Positions 36,171 to 47,831 of a stretch of 64,000 nt of DNA are shown here, piece after piece (the stretch's first letter is position 1; each line of letters opens with the position of its first letter). The notes below the pieces were generated by a model, which was not told where the DNA came from, did no database searches, and worked only from the letters and a program-made list of their open reading frames with translations. The position numbers and the translations under genes are program-made. The stretch comes from Nitrospirota bacterium (GTDB taxonomy: Bacteria; Nitrospirota; UBA9217): positions 448,001 to 512,000 of the forward strand of contig CAVVUN010000012.1 of NCBI GenBank assembly GCA_963751455.1. Reading direction: 5' to 3'.

Positions 36171-37937
36171 CTATGACTTTCTCCGTGTACTCCGTGATCT
36201 CCGTGGCAAAATATTATTTAAGCTTTGTTCGATCTCCCTCACCAGTTCTTCTCGCAAAAACGGTCTTCCATCGAATTTGCGGATATGGCTGCTGAACCGA
36301 TGTCCTGTCTCTGCTTTCAAAAGCCGCTCGAACTGGCCGGTTGCATTGTGCTCGATGCATATCGTCTTTTTCGCTCTTTCGAGAAAACGCACATAATCGA
36401 AACCCTCAGGAGCGGGAAGCGGGAACAGCTCGCTGAAATGGAGCATCGCAACACTGCCGGTTTTCGAAAGTTCGTCAACAGCTTCTTTCAGGACCCCGTA
36501 TGTTGAACCCCATCCTGCCAGTACGACCTCCGGATTGTGATCGCCGTACAAAAAAGGAGCTGCCATCTCTTTCCTGATCTGCGGCTGTTTCCTGAGCAGC
36601 CGCTTCGAGACCATCTTGACCCGGGTCTCCGCATCTTCAACGATGTGCCCCTCTTCATCGTGTTCGTCGCTGTCGGTCACCACAACATGGTTCGCATCCC
36701 CCGGCACAGCAAGAGGCGATATGCCGGTCTCGGTAAACGCATGCCGCTTGTACTCTTTCAGGTTTTTAAACGCATCACCCCGTAACCGATAGTCGGTGTA
36801 TCGGAGCTTGTCGGTAGCGAGACCGTCGAAGGTCCACTGTGAATCGGCGAGATAGGTATCGAACAGCACAAAGACAGGGATCTGGTATTTCTCTGCGAGG
36901 TCAAATGCCTTGTTCGCAAGGTAAAAGGCCTGCCTGGGTGTGCCAGGAGCAAAAATTACACGCGGGAATTCGCCGTGGCCGGCCGAGATCGCGAACTCGA
37001 GCTCGCCTTGCTCGGTGCGTGTGGGAAAACCGGTTGCCGGACCCGGCCGCTGGCCAAGGGCGATCACGATCGGGGTCTCGGTCATGGCCGCAAGCGATAA
37101 CCCTTCCACCATCAGCGCAAACCCGCCTCCCGACGTTCCAGTCATTGAGCGGACGCCGGCGAACGAGGCGCCGAGCGCCATATTGATGGCAGCGATCTCA
37201 TCCTCCGCCTGCTCGACGACAAGGCCGTACTCCTGCTCCTTCGATGCCAGGTAATTCATGATGCCGGTCGAAGGAGTCATGGGGTAGGCCGCATAGAACT
37301 TGCACCCTGATGCCAGGGCGCCGAGAGCAATGGCTTCGACGCCGTTGATCAGCATCCGGCGCTGAGTCGTGATTCCCGCGCTCATTGAGAAGGAGCACCG
37401 TGTGCAGTTCTTCACTGCATAATCGTAGCCTGCCGTGGCCGCGCTCCTGTTCGCCTGCACGATTGCATTCCCTTTTCGCTTGAACATGTCACCGAGGATT
37501 TCGAGCAGGGCCGTCAGATCCAGGCCAAGCATGCCGAGCACCGCCCCGGTCGCGACGGTATTTTCCATGATTCGTTCCCCGCCGCTCTGAACCGCGAGCT
37601 CAGCATAGGGAATATCGAAAAAGGAGGCCCCCTCATGTTTCACTTTCAACGACGACGAGTCGTATACGATCCGGCCGTTCTCTGCCAGTTCGCGCTCGTG
37701 ACGCGGAAAACTTTCTTTGTCCAGCGCGATGAGAATATCAACTTTTTCGCTCGATGACGAGATTGGGCGCTCAGAAACCCGAATCTGGTAGAAATTATGG
37801 CCTCCACGGATCCGCGACTCATAGTCCTGATGACTGAACACATGATACCCGGAACGCGTAAAGACCCGAGCCAGGGTGTCTCCGATCGTCTGTATCCCCT
37901 GGCCGGCCTCGCCGCCGATCTTAATGGTGTAATCCAT
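36171..37937 (-). CDS. 2-oxoacid:acceptor oxidoreductase alpha subunit
   Basis: GGEAGQG, YESRIRGGHN, YPMTPST, QAEDEIAA, QRPGPATG. Confidence 0.94.
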   Translation of the reverse strand: MDYTIKIGGEAGQGIQTIGDTLARVFTRSGYHVFSHQDYESRIRGGHNFYQIRVSERPISSSSEKVDILIALDKESFPRHERELAENGRIVYDSSSLKVKHEGASFFDIPYAELAVQSGGERIMENTVATGAVLGMLGLDLTALLEILGDMFKRKGNAIVQANRSAATAGYDYAVKNCTRCSFSMSAGITTQRRMLINGVEAIALGALASGCKFYAAYPMTPSTGIMNYLASKEQEYGLVVEQAEDEIAAINMALGASFAGVRSMTGTSGGGFALMVEGLSLAAMTETPIVIALGQRPGPATGFPTRTEQGELEFAISAGHGEFPRVIFAPGTPRQAFYLANKAFDLAEKYQIPVFVLFDTYLADSQWTFDGLATDKLRYTDYRLRGDAFKNLKEYKRHAFTETGISPLAVPGDANHVVVTDSDEHDEEGHIVEDAETRVKMVSKRLLRKQPQIRKEMAAPFLYGDHNPEVVLAGWGSTYGVLKEAVDELSKTGSVAMLHFSELFPLPAPEGFDYVRFLERAKKTICIEHNATGQFERLLKAETGHRFSSHIRKFDGRPFLREELVREIEQSLNNILPRRSRSTRRKS

Positions 37938-38378
37938 CGCCGCTCGCCTCTTTATCGGGAACTGAATTCGAAATGATTGCTGAAGATAAACGGTTTAACG
38001 AGGCAATGCCTTCAGGCCCACGAAAAAAATCCCTATAAAAGCATTTATCCGCAGATTTCGCAGATAACGCAGATTTAAAAAATGAAAAAAGTAATTGAGT
38101 TTGGTTTAATCTGTGGTATCTGCGTAATCTGTGGATCATTTCTTGACTTTAAGCTGTTGCTTTGACTTCTCAAAAGCTTGACTCAAAATTCAAGATGTTG
38201 GTCTGTAAAGTGCTTGGACAGCATGAATCCGTTCTGGCAGAGTTGATCCGCAGATCGCCGGCAAGACATCGCTTCGGTTTAATGGCATTGACCACTCGTA
38301 ACGGTTCGTTTTTTCAGATGATCCGGCTTTTGGTTGTATTATAACAAAAAAAATCCGGACCGGTGCTATAATATCGTC

Positions 38379-39509
38379 ATGAGTTATCACCTTTCGCGTC
38401 GGTCCGTTCTCAAATGGCTCGAAATTCCGTGTTTATACCACATCGCAAAGGACGAAATCTACGAACTCGACAAGCAATCGTTCCGGTTTCTGAAGGACTG
38501 CATTACGAAGGAAGGCTGCACTGCAAACGACAGCGCTTTCATCGATTACTGCCTTGAACAAGGCGTTCTTACACCGGAAACATCTTCTGCAAAGCACCCG
38601 CGTCTTGTCCCGGCCCCTTCACCTTCGCTCAGGTACCTTGAGCTCCAAATTACGGACGCCTGCAATATGAACTGCCTGCATTGCTCTGCCGCACAGCGGT
38701 CCGGAAGCGAGCTTTCTCCTGAACAGGCACGAAATGCGCTTGGGTCATTTGAGGAAATGCAGGGTCTTTCGGTGATCATCACCGGCGGAGAACCGCTCCT
38801 TCACTCCCGGTTTGAGGAGATCAATGAGATGCTTCCCGACTTTTTGATCCGGAAGGTGCTCTTCACGAACGGACTGCTGATAGGCAAAGAAACGCTCAAG
38901 TCGCTGAAAGTGGATGAGCTGCGGATAAGCATAGACGGATTAGAACAAGCCCACGACGCCATCCGCGGACATGGGTCATTTACCCGGGCACTGCTGACGG
39001 CGCGGCTGGCGCTCGATGCCGGGTACGATGTCTCGATATCGACAATGGTCAATAAGCGCAATCTTTCCGACTTCGACGCGATGGAGAACCTTTTTAAGAA
39101 AATGGGAATCAAGGACTGGATTGTGGATGCCCCGTGTCAGCCGGAGCGATACAAAGATGAGCCTGATTTTTTTGTCGGTCCCGAAGAGGGCGGTAAATTC
39201 CTGGGATACGGCTTCGGCATCGATATCCATTCTGCCGGCACAGGATTCGGCTGCGGCAGACACCTGATGGCTGTCACGGCCGCTGGCAGGCTGGCAAAAT
39301 GCATATTTTATGCGGGCAACCCTGTCGGCTCTCTCGATGAGGGGCTGCCGGCCGCCTGGCGCGCCTTGAACCCTGTTCGCTCTAAGCGAATATCGTGCGA
39401 CTGCGAGTATATCGAAGCATGCCGCGGAGGGTGCCGCTATCGGGCCGAACATATCGCGGGCAAAGGAGGAAAAGACCTGTATCGATGTTACCTGTACCGG
39501 GTCCTCTGA
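38379..39509 (+). CDS. radical SAM/SPASM domain protein
   Basis: CNMNCLHC, TGGEPLLH, C-terminal CDCEYIEACRGGCRYRA. Confidence 0.88.
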   Translation: MSYHLSRRSVLKWLEIPCLYHIAKDEIYELDKQSFRFLKDCITKEGCTANDSAFIDYCLEQGVLTPETSSAKHPRLVPAPSPSLRYLELQITDACNMNCLHCSAAQRSGSELSPEQARNALGSFEEMQGLSVIITGGEPLLHSRFEEINEMLPDFLIRKVLFTNGLLIGKETLKSLKVDELRISIDGLEQAHDAIRGHGSFTRALLTARLALDAGYDVSISTMVNKRNLSDFDAMENLFKKMGIKDWIVDAPCQPERYKDEPDFFVGPEEGGKFLGYGFGIDIHSAGTGFGCGRHLMAVTAAGRLAKCIFYAGNPVGSLDEGLPAAWRALNPVRSKRISCDCEYIEACRGGCRYRAEHIAGKGGKDLYRCYLYRVL

Positions 39510-39532
39510 AATCGGCTCCTTTCAGGATCAGA

Positions 39533-40033
39533 TCAGGCCCACGGTGTTCCGCCGTCGACAATGCTATGCTCCTCCCACATGAACCAGTTCCCTGTGTCCT
39601 GCAGAAATTGGTAGGTATTGGCAAAAATTGTATAATGGTGTTCTTCTTCCTGGATGAGCCTTTCCAGCAATTCCCTTTCCTTCTCTTTTTTCGCTTCGGA
39701 CAGTGTCTTCCTGTAGAATTCGAGACCCTCCTTTTCCATGGCCATCGCCATCTTGAAGGCCTCCAAGTCGTCCGCGGCCACCTCGGCCTTGTGCATCATC
39801 TCGTCCCTCGTCTGCTCAAAAATGGTCTTTACGTCTTTCAGGGGGCTCACGTCCATTGACGTGACGTGCAGTCCCTTGATGATCTGCGTAACCATGTCGA
39901 GATGCCGCTTCTCGTCATCGGAAACGATTTCGAACATTTTTTTGCCGGCCGGGTGCTTTGTTTTTTCGGCAGCTTCCGTATAGAAGCGGATCGCGTCTAT
40001 CTCCATTTTGACCGCAAGTTCAAGCGCGTTCAT
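39533..40033 (-). CDS. ferritin-like/rubrerythrin family protein
   Basis: Two E..FY / EKRH and EEHH helix pairs; GGAGG RBS. Confidence 0.85.
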   Translation of the reverse strand: MNALELAVKMEIDAIRFYTEAAEKTKHPAGKKMFEIVSDDEKRHLDMVTQIIKGLHVTSMDVSPLKDVKTIFEQTRDEMMHKAEVAADDLEAFKMAMAMEKEGLEFYRKTLSEAKKEKERELLERLIQEEEHHYTIFANTYQFLQDTGNWFMWEEHSIVDGGTPWA

Positions 40034-40149
40034 ATCGCCTCCTTGATTGCATGTTTTTGCACTTGTCGTTAAGTTAAGTATAGCAGATATGCTCAAATCA
40101 ATAACGCATCAACAAAAAGGGAGTGGAGCGGGAAAGAACTAAAAGAGGA

Positions 40150-40767
40150 TTACCATCTCAGACTTACGAGCGCGAATACTCCGGTGCCGGCGATGATAAG
40201 GCCGGCGATTTTATTGAGCCATTGCAATTCATGAACCATGATATGCTTCTTGAATATGCTCACCACCATGATAACCACGAGCCACCACAGGCCTGACCCG
40301 AGAAAAACACCGACAATAAGCAACCCGGCTGAATGCATACTGCTTGCAGTTGCAAGACCGAACCCGGTGAAGACTGCCGCAAACGAAAAAATGGTCATTG
40401 GGTTCGTAAGCGTCATAAAAAATGTGGAGGTATACATCCCCGCAAACCGCTTTGCTGTTTTAGGCACGCCGAGCTCCTCTTTCAATTCTGTCATCAATGT
40501 CCTCACCCCGACGATACACAGGAGTGTTCCGCCTGCCAGTCTCAGCCAGAACAAGTAACCGATCATAAAATCGGAGATGATCGTGATGCCGAAGGCGGCG
40601 ATAAAACCGTAAAAAGAATCGGCCGTCGCCGCGCCCATGCCCGAAAAAAAGCCGGCCCTTCGGCCGATCGTAAGCGTTCGCTTTGCACACAGAACGCCGA
40701 TCGGTCCGACAGGGGCGGCTATTATAAAACCCACTACCAGACCTTTTAAAAAAAATGTCAATTCCAT
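40150..40767 (-). CDS. LysE family translocator
   Basis: IAAPVGPIGVLC, TLTNPMTI, GSGLWW. Confidence 0.9.
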   Translation of the reverse strand: MELTFFLKGLVVGFIIAAPVGPIGVLCAKRTLTIGRRAGFFSGMGAATADSFYGFIAAFGITIISDFMIGYLFWLRLAGGTLLCIVGVRTLMTELKEELGVPKTAKRFAGMYTSTFFMTLTNPMTIFSFAAVFTGFGLATASSMHSAGLLIVGVFLGSGLWWLVVIMVVSIFKKHIMVHELQWLNKIAGLIIAGTGVFALVSLRW

Positions 40768-40811
40768 GAGGCTCTGTTTTTAAATTCCTGCAACGAACGG
40801 TTGGAGTACCG

Positions 40812-41596
40812 CTATATCGTAGTTTTCGTTTTTGTCCTCACGTAAAACAGCGTCAGCCCCGCGACTGCCATCCCGCCGCTCAGGATCTGTCCCATGGTAA
40901 AAAAGCCGGCGATGAAACCAAGCTGCTGGTCGGGCTCCCGGAAAAATTCCACGAAAAAGCGAAAAATTCCGTAAAAAATAATGAAAAGCGCAACCGGAAT
41001 GCCGGTTACTTTCACCTTGTCCTTGATGTACCACAGAATAATGAAGAGAATGACGCCTTCAAGAAAAAATTCGTATAATTGGGACGGATGCCGCGGAAAC
41101 GGGCCGCCTGCGGGAAAAACCATGGCCCAGGTGACGTTTGTGATCCGGCCGTACAGTTCGCCATTGATGAAGTTGCCGATTCTTCCCATGCCGATGCCGA
41201 TCGGGGCAGTCGCTGCAACGAGGTCTGCGACCAGCCAGGGATCCTTGCGATACCGCCTGCAGCACATTATACCGGCGGCAACGCTTCCGATAAAGCCGCC
41301 GTGAAACGACATGCCCCCTTGCCACACCGAGAAGATTTCCAGCGGATGATGGAGATAGTAGGGACTATTATAAAAAACGACGTATCCGAGGCGGGCTCCT
41401 ATGATGAGCCCGATAATAATGTAAGTGTAGAGCGAATCCAGAAAATCTTTCGTAAGCTCAAGGCCTTTTTTTTCACCTGGTATCGTACCAAAAGATACGA
41501 GGAGGCAAAACCGACAAGATACATCAAACCGTACCAGCGAACTGCAAAAGGGCCGATTCGAAATATCTCAGGACTAATATGAGGATACGGTATCAT
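40812..41596 (-). CDS. lgt: prolipoprotein diacylglyceryl transferase, frameshifted at the A8 run 41466-41473
   Basis: VRWYGLMY N-terminus; [39 protein letters not shown]; one extra A restores the frame. Confidence 0.9.
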
Positions 41597-41807
41597 GGTT
41601 GCTCCTGACGCACAGACGCATATTTTCAGTATATCGTGATTTTTAAAAAGAAGGGGGTGAATAAAATTCGGTTTTGGGTGTAAATTAATCAACCTTTGTT
41701 AACCGAGGAGGGACTGAACGGGTCTCCAGTGAATTCGCGGCCCACGTCCTGACAACCGAGACTAGATCCGGACCGGCGCATTTGATGATTTTACCGGAGA
41801 TAATCCT

Positions 41808-42021
41808 CCAGTGTAGTGTCTCTTAAATGGACGATGTTATGATGATTTCTCATCGAAAACTTATCTTCGTATAAATATTTGCTGATGAATTTGTAGGGCA
41901 ACCCTTTAGGGTTGCTGCTGTTCCGGCGCTTTCAGCAAGGCTAAAGCCTTGCCCTACAAGTTTGGTTGCGGCCTACTGCCGCGCTATGATAACACCAGTC
42001 GTTTGTGAGACACTACACTAG
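41808..42021. mobile_element. ~214-bp MITE-like element with terminal inverted repeats, containing a REP doublet
   Basis: Left ccagtgtagtgtctcttaaa, right tttgtgagacactacactag. Confidence 0.55.
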
Positions 42022-43134
42022 TTACTTTTTCCCCTTCTCTCCGAATATTTCCTTCACCTTGTCGAAAAAACCTCTTGTGATAGGGGTGGAATTCTCGCCG
42101 TTCAACCGCTCGAACTCCTGGAGCAGTTCCTTTTGCCGGGACGTCAGTTTACCGGGCACCTCGACGACGATCCTGCAAACCTCATCGCCGACACTCAAGC
42201 CGCGAACGTGCGGAAAACCCTTTCCCTTGAGTCGAAATGTCTGGCCCGGCTGCGTTCCCGGCGGTATTTTAAGCTTCGCGCTGCCGGCGATGGTCGGCAC
42301 TTCTATCTCGGCTCCGAGCGCCGCCTGGACAAAGCTGATCGGAACCGCGCAAACGATATCATGCCCTTCCCGCTGGAAAAGCGCATGCTCCTCCACCATG
42401 AGGTACACATACAGATCGCCTGGAGGACCGCCGTAATTGCCGAGTTCGCCCTCGCCGGTCAGGCGGATCGTGGTGCCTGTCTCTACGCCCGCCGGGATCC
42501 TGACCGAGAGCGTGCGTTCCCGTTCCACCCGTTTGCGGCCCCGGCACGTGTTGCAGGGATCGGTTATCTCACGTCCCTCGCCCCCGCAGCGCGAACAGGT
42601 TCTGCTTATGCTGAAAAACCCCTGCTGCATTCTGATCTGTCCGCTTCCGCGACACATTGAGCACGTAACGATCTTATCCTTTGACTTTGCGCCGAGCCCG
42701 TCGCAGTCGGGGCACCGCTCCCACCGCGGTACCCTGATCTTCGTGGTAGTTCCGAATGCCGCATCTTCGAAACTGATCTTCAAATTATACCGAAGATCTT
42801 CGCCCGCGACCGCCCTGGCGCCGCCCCGTCCGGTCCCGAAAAACTCGCCGAAAATGTCGCCGAAAATGTCGCCCATGCCCGCGCCAGCGCCGGCGCCGTA
42901 ACCTCCGCCTTGCGCGCCGGGCGCCGTCCCGTACTGGTCGTAGTATGCCCTCTTCTGAGGATCGGACAATACCTCGTACGCCTCATTTATCTCCTTGAAT
43001 TTGTCCTCAGACGCTTTGTCCCCGGGGTTTTTATCGGGGTGAAACTGGTGCGCGAGCCGGCGATATGCGCGTTTTAGCTCGGCATCCGACGCATTGCGGT
43101 GAACGCCGATCAGTTCATAATAATCTTTTGCCAT
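42022..43134 (-). CDS. dnaJ: chaperone DnaJ
   Basis: HPD J-domain, G/F region, four CxxCxG repeats. Confidence 0.97.
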   Translation of the reverse strand: MAKDYYELIGVHRNASDAELKRAYRRLAHQFHPDKNPGDKASEDKFKEINEAYEVLSDPQKRAYYDQYGTAPGAQGGGYGAGAGAGMGDIFGDIFGEFFGTGRGGARAVAGEDLRYNLKISFEDAAFGTTTKIRVPRWERCPDCDGLGAKSKDKIVTCSMCRGSGQIRMQQGFFSISRTCSRCGGEGREITDPCNTCRGRKRVERERTLSVRIPAGVETGTTIRLTGEGELGNYGGPPGDLYVYLMVEEHALFQREGHDIVCAVPISFVQAALGAEIEVPTIAGSAKLKIPPGTQPGQTFRLKGKGFPHVRGLSVGDEVCRIVVEVPGKLTSRQKELLQEFERLNGENSTPITRGFFDKVKEIFGEKGKK

Positions 43135-43343
43135 GGTTGAAGCCGGAAGCGTTCGGGTGATAAGGCGGTCTTCGCCTTCGGCCCTGTCTCGCGTTTCCGG
43201 AGTTTATCCTCCGTTTCCAAACAACAAAAAGAGGACAGCAAGCTGAATTGAATACGGAAGGGAAAGGCTTGACGGTTATTGACCTTTCGCCTTTTGATCT
43301 CCCGTCTTCTATCTCTGCTGTCCTCTTGTCTTATCGATGTTCG

Positions 43344-45269
43344 TTACTTCTTGTCCTTGTCAACTTCTTCGAACTCGGCTTCGACCACCTTCTCCCCGGT
43401 CTTGCCGTCGCCGCCGTTTGCTGCCTCCGAAGCACCCGCTCCGGCTCCGGCCGGCTGCTCTTTATTCATCTTTGAGTAGACTTCCTCGGCCAGCTTGTGC
43501 GAAGCTTTAGAAAGATCCGCGACGGCCTTCTTGATTGCGTCGATGTCCTGGCCGTCCTTCACCCGTTTCGCTTCTTCCAGTGCCTTCTGAATGTCGCCGC
43601 GCTCTGAATCCGAAAGCTTCGAGCCGTAATCAGCGATCGATTTCTCAACCGAGTATATCAATGTGTCCGCCTCGTTCCTGGCATCGGCAACCTCGCGTTT
43701 TCGCTTGTCCTCTGCGGCGTGTGATTCCGCCTCCTTTACCGCCTTGTCGATCTCGTCCTTGCTCATCCCGGAGGAGGCCGTAATCTTGATGGACTGTTCT
43801 TTGCCCGTTCCGAGGTCCTTCGCCATGACATGCACGATCCCGTTCGCGTCGATGTCGAAGGTTACTTCGACCTGCGGTATTCCCCGGGGCGCCGGCGGAA
43901 TGCCGACCAGCTCAAAACGGCCGAGAGTCTTGTTGTCCGCGGCCATTTCACGTTCGCCCTGCACCACGTGGATCGAAACCGCGGTCTGGTTGTCCGAGGC
44001 CGTGGAAAACACCTGGCTTTTCTTGGTGGGAATCGTCGTATTGCGTTCAATGATCCTCGTTGTGACAGCGCCCAGGGTCTCGATGCCCAGTGACAGGGGC
44101 GTCACGTCCAGGAGCAGCACGTCCTTGACCTGGCCGGTCAGCACTGCGCCCTGGATGCCGGCGCCGATCGCCACAACCTCGTCGGGGTTCACGCCTCGGT
44201 GCGGGTCCTTCTTGAAGTACTCTTTCACGGTCTGAATCACCCGGGGCATGCGGGTCATGCCGCCCACCAGGATCATCTCATTTATGTTCTCCACGGTCTT
44301 TCCCGCGTCGGAAAGCGCCTTTTTGACCGGATCTATGGTTTTCTGAACGAGGTCGCCGACCAGTTGTTCCAATTTGGCTCTCGACAGTTTGTACAGCAGG
44401 TGCTTGGGTCCGCTCGCGTCCGCGGTTATGAATGGAAGGTTGATCTCCGTCTCCATGACGTTCGACAGTTCTATCTTGGCTTTTTCCGCCGCCTCTTTCA
44501 ATCGCTGGAGCGCCATTTTGTCCTTGCGCAGGTCGATCCCCTGGTCCTTCATGAATTCATCGGCCAGCCACCTGATGATGCGCTCGTCGAAATCATCGCC
44601 GCCCAGATAGGTGTCGCCGTTCGTCGACTTCACCTCGAACACGCCTTCCCCGAGTTCCAGAACCGAGATATCGAAGGTTCCGCCGCCGAGGTCGTAAACG
44701 CCGACCGTTTCGTCCTTCTTTTTGTCGAGACCGTACGCGAGGGCAGCCGCAGTAGGTTCATTGATGATCCGGAGAACGTTCAACCCGGCAATTCTTCCCG
44801 CGTCCTTCGTTGCCTGGCGCTGACTGTCATTGAAGTATGCCGGCACTGTGATCACGGCATCGCTGACCTTCTCGCCCAGGTAATCTTCGGCGGTTTGCCT
44901 CATTTTCTGGAGTATCATGGCTGAAATCTCCGAAGGACTGTACGTTTTTCCCCGGACGCTGACATGCGCATCGCCGTTCGAAGCCGCCACTATCTTATAC
45001 GGCAAATGCTTCATCGCCTCCTTCACTTCGGGCGAATCATATTTTCTTCCCATCAATCTCTTGATCGAAAATACGGTATTTTCCGGGTTCGTAATGGACT
45101 GCCGCTTTGCAATCTGTCCGACGAGCCGCTCACCGCTCTCCGGAAAACCCACAACGGATGGCGTAGTGCGGCTCCCTTCAGAGTTCGCAATTACGACCGG
45201 TTCTCCTCCCTCCATGATAGCAACGCATGAGTTTGTTGTGCCTAAATCAATCCCGATAACCTTTGCCAT
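43344..45269 (-). CDS. dnaK: chaperone DnaK
   Basis: [32 protein letters not shown]. Confidence 0.99.
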   Translation of the reverse strand: MAKVIGIDLGTTNSCVAIMEGGEPVVIANSEGSRTTPSVVGFPESGERLVGQIAKRQSITNPENTVFSIKRLMGRKYDSPEVKEAMKHLPYKIVAASNGDAHVSVRGKTYSPSEISAMILQKMRQTAEDYLGEKVSDAVITVPAYFNDSQRQATKDAGRIAGLNVLRIINEPTAAALAYGLDKKKDETVGVYDLGGGTFDISVLELGEGVFEVKSTNGDTYLGGDDFDERIIRWLADEFMKDQGIDLRKDKMALQRLKEAAEKAKIELSNVMETEINLPFITADASGPKHLLYKLSRAKLEQLVGDLVQKTIDPVKKALSDAGKTVENINEMILVGGMTRMPRVIQTVKEYFKKDPHRGVNPDEVVAIGAGIQGAVLTGQVKDVLLLDVTPLSLGIETLGAVTTRIIERNTTIPTKKSQVFSTASDNQTAVSIHVVQGEREMAADNKTLGRFELVGIPPAPRGIPQVEVTFDIDANGIVHVMAKDLGTGKEQSIKITASSGMSKDEIDKAVKEAESHAAEDKRKREVADARNEADTLIYSVEKSIADYGSKLSDSERGDIQKALEEAKRVKDGQDIDAIKKAVADLSKASHKLAEEVYSKMNKEQPAGAGAGASEAANGGDGKTGEKVVEAEFEEVDKDKK

Positions 45270-45349
45270 AACAGCCTCCTTATCAAATCCGAATGGATAA
45301 TTACTTTATAGTGTTGAGCCGGTCGCCTTCGTGACCAGTTTGACATTTC

Positions 45350-45961
45350 TTAACCGCTTGACTGCTGACCCTTTTCTTCGCCGTTTTCCGTTTTGAGCGG
45401 TTTTTTCGAAACACTAACCTTGGCGTGCCTGAGCACCTTGTCATGATACATATAGCCTTCCTGGAAAACCTTCAGTACCGTATTATCGGCCGTGTCATCC
45501 GTTATTTCCTGCATGACCGCATCGTGCTTAACCGGATCGAACACTTCCCCATGTGAGCTGAAGGTTGTTATCCCGAATTTCTCGAGAACGCTGAGGAGCT
45601 GCTTGTAGACCAGCTCGACGCCCTCCCGCAGTCCCTGGCTCTGTCCGTCTTCCGCCGCATGTTGGATCGCAAGAGAGAGATTGTCGGCGACGTTCAGGAG
45701 TTCACGCGCCATCTGTTCGTTTGCATATCTCTTGAAATCCGCAACGTCCCGCTGCATGCGTTTGCGATAGTTCTCGAAGTCCGCGTACGTGCGAAGATAA
45801 CGGTTCTGCGCCTCATCGGCCTCCCTGGCCTTTTGCTCGAACGCCTGGGCCATCTTGTCTATGTCGGACGATGTAGCTGTTGAAGCTTCTCCGGTTTCCG
45901 TCTTTTCGGCATCGGCCTTGTTCGCGTCTGCACGTCCTCCGTCATCAACCTTATTCGTCAT
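45350..45961 (-). CDS. grpE: nucleotide exchange factor GrpE
   Basis: ADFENYRKR, FDPVKHDAV, GYMYHDKVLRHAKVSV. Confidence 0.95.
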   Translation of the reverse strand: MTNKVDDGGRADANKADAEKTETGEASTATSSDIDKMAQAFEQKAREADEAQNRYLRTYADFENYRKRMQRDVADFKRYANEQMARELLNVADNLSLAIQHAAEDGQSQGLREGVELVYKQLLSVLEKFGITTFSSHGEVFDPVKHDAVMQEITDDTADNTVLKVFQEGYMYHDKVLRHAKVSVSKKPLKTENGEEKGQQSSG

Positions 45962-47003
45962 GATCTAACCCTCTTTGAGAATGTTCTTCCAATAGTTTCG
46001 TAAGCAATTTCGCTGTGTAATCGACCACGTGTATTACCTGCTTGTACTGCATTCTTGTGGGACCGATTACGCCCAATGTTCCGACCACGTTCGTTCCGCC
46101 TTTGTAGGTGCCCACGACAAGGCTGCACCCCTGCATTTCAAAAAAAGGGTTTTCTGAACCGATAAAGACCTTTATGCCGCTGGCAGCCGCGCTCCAGTCG
46201 AGCAGCTTCACCAGTTTATACTTGTCCTCGAACGCCTTAAAGAGGATCTTCATCTTTTCGACATTTGCAAATTCGGGGTTCTCGAAAATCTGCGACGCGC
46301 CCCCGATATACACTTTTTCAGTATCGCGCTCCTGCACTTCCTGGCTCGCCTTGTAGGTTTCATCCATGAGACGCATGAAAACCTGTTTTTCTTCCCTCAT
46401 TTTTTCAACGAGCCGATGCCGGATCTCGGGCAATGTCCATTGCTCCAGCTCTTCATCAAGATACGCGCTGAAGTAATTCAATTCGTGCTGCTGAATGTTT
46501 TCATCCAGCTCGATCAATTTGTTCTGGACGGAGCCATTATTGGTTACAAAGATAATCAGTACTTTTCTGCCCCGCAAGCGTACGAATTCGATGTGTTTAT
46601 ATTGACCTTCCGGCTCCGAAGGCGCTATCACAACGCCTGCGCAGTGAGAAAGCGTCGCAAGAAATTTACTTACTTCGGTCATCAGCGCCTGCAGGTCACC
46701 GCTCTGCAGCGGCGGGGCCTGCCGAAGATGCCCTTCCAGATCTTCGCCTTCGTTCTCTACACTGATGAGACTGTCGATATAGTACCGATATCCCCTGTCG
46801 GTAGGAATTCTCCCGGCCGATGTATGGGGATGTGTAAGATAACCCAATTCCTCCAGTTCGGCCATGATGTTTCTGAGCGTAGCCGAGCTTAAACCAAAAT
46901 CGTAGCGTTTTACCAGAACGGTGGAACCAATAGGAGATCCGCTTGCAATATAGCTGTCTATGACCGCCTGCAAAACTTTTTTATTTCTTTCATCTAAGTC
47001 CAT
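45951..47003 (-). CDS. hrcA: heat-inducible transcription repressor HrcA
   Basis: SSATLRNIMAELEELGYL..PHTSAGRIPTDRGYRYY, GVIGPTRM. Confidence 0.96.
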   Translation of the reverse strand: MDLDERNKKVLQAVIDSYIASGSPIGSTVLVKRYDFGLSSATLRNIMAELEELGYLTHPHTSAGRIPTDRGYRYYIDSLISVENEGEDLEGHLRQAPPLQSGDLQALMTEVSKFLATLSHCAGVVIAPSEPEGQYKHIEFVRLRGRKVLIIFVTNNGSVQNKLIELDENIQQHELNYFSAYLDEELEQWTLPEIRHRLVEKMREEKQVFMRLMDETYKASQEVQERDTEKVYIGGASQIFENPEFANVEKMKILFKAFEDKYKLVKLLDWSAAASGIKVFIGSENPFFEMQGCSLVVGTYKGGTNVVGTLGVIGPTRMQYKQVIHVVDYTAKLLTKLLEEHSQRGLDHDE

Positions 47004-47036
47004 TGACACGGCCTGCAAAAATAAATAATAATACTT

Positions 47037-47063
47037 TTAGCACTCTCGAACATTGAGTGCTAA
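47037..47063. promoter_or_regulatory. CIRCE upstream of the hrcA operon, overlapping a TTGACA-N17-TAAATT promoter (47090-47062)
   Basis: TTAGCACTC-tcgaacatt-GAGTGCTAA. Confidence 0.97.
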
Positions 47064-47224
47064 TTTAACATACCATATAATAAGTGTCAAGTTCTCATTT
47101 CTGCTCGGTTTTGCTGTGTGTGCGAGCCCGCTCTTTCGGGCGGTTTCATCAAAAAAAAGCATCCCGCAACCAAGCCGAAAATGGATGGCGGCGGGATGCA
47201 GGGAATCCCGTGAAATAATATTCG

Positions 47225-47749
47225 TTATGCTGCCTTCTTGACATGTGTCTCGCCTTCGATTCGTTTGGGGGTCTCTATCTCTATCTTTTTGGCTCCCTTC
47301 GAAATCTGCGGTGCAGGAACAGTGATTTCAAGAATTCCGTTGTTGTATTTTGCCTTCAGTTCATCAGTCTTGACCCCTTCCGGCAGGCTGAACCTTCTCT
47401 CGAAGTTGCCGTAGGAAACCTCCCTGTAGAGGTAGTCTTCTTCCTTGGTGCTCGTTTCCTGTTTCCGTTCACCCTTGATGATAAGCTCATGCATAGTTTC
47501 GTCGAAAGATACATCGACATCTTTCGGATCAACGCCTGGAAGTTCGCACTTGAACACGATATCATTGCCTTTCATGTAGCTTTCAACCAGCGGCATCCAT
47601 CCTACTGCGGATTCCGGCGCGGAGAGGTCCCTTCCCATGACCCGGTTAAACAGTCTGTCCATGTCGCGCTGCATATCACGAAGCTCGCTGAACGGATCCC
47701 ATCTGGTGATGGCCCTGAAAGGGTCCCATCGAATCAATCCTTTTGCCAT
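47225..47749 (-). CDS. Hsp20/alpha-crystallin small heat shock protein
   Basis: WDPF repeats, ELPGVDP, YGNFERRFSLP, YNNGILEI. Confidence 0.93.
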   Translation of the reverse strand: MAKGLIRWDPFRAITRWDPFSELRDMQRDMDRLFNRVMGRDLSAPESAVGWMPLVESYMKGNDIVFKCELPGVDPKDVDVSFDETMHELIIKGERKQETSTKEEDYLYREVSYGNFERRFSLPEGVKTDELKAKYNNGILEITVPAPQISKGAKKIEIETPKRIEGETHVKKAA

Positions 47750-47831
47750 AATAACCCTCCTTTTCTCCGAAATACGGAGATCCCAGAAATTATCGGGCAA
47801 AACCCGTATCTGACATCTATATATCAGATAA

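Noticed and set aside
38379-39509. RiPP cluster around the radical SAM/SPASM gene
   Set aside because: No precursor peptide, transporter or protease seen nearby
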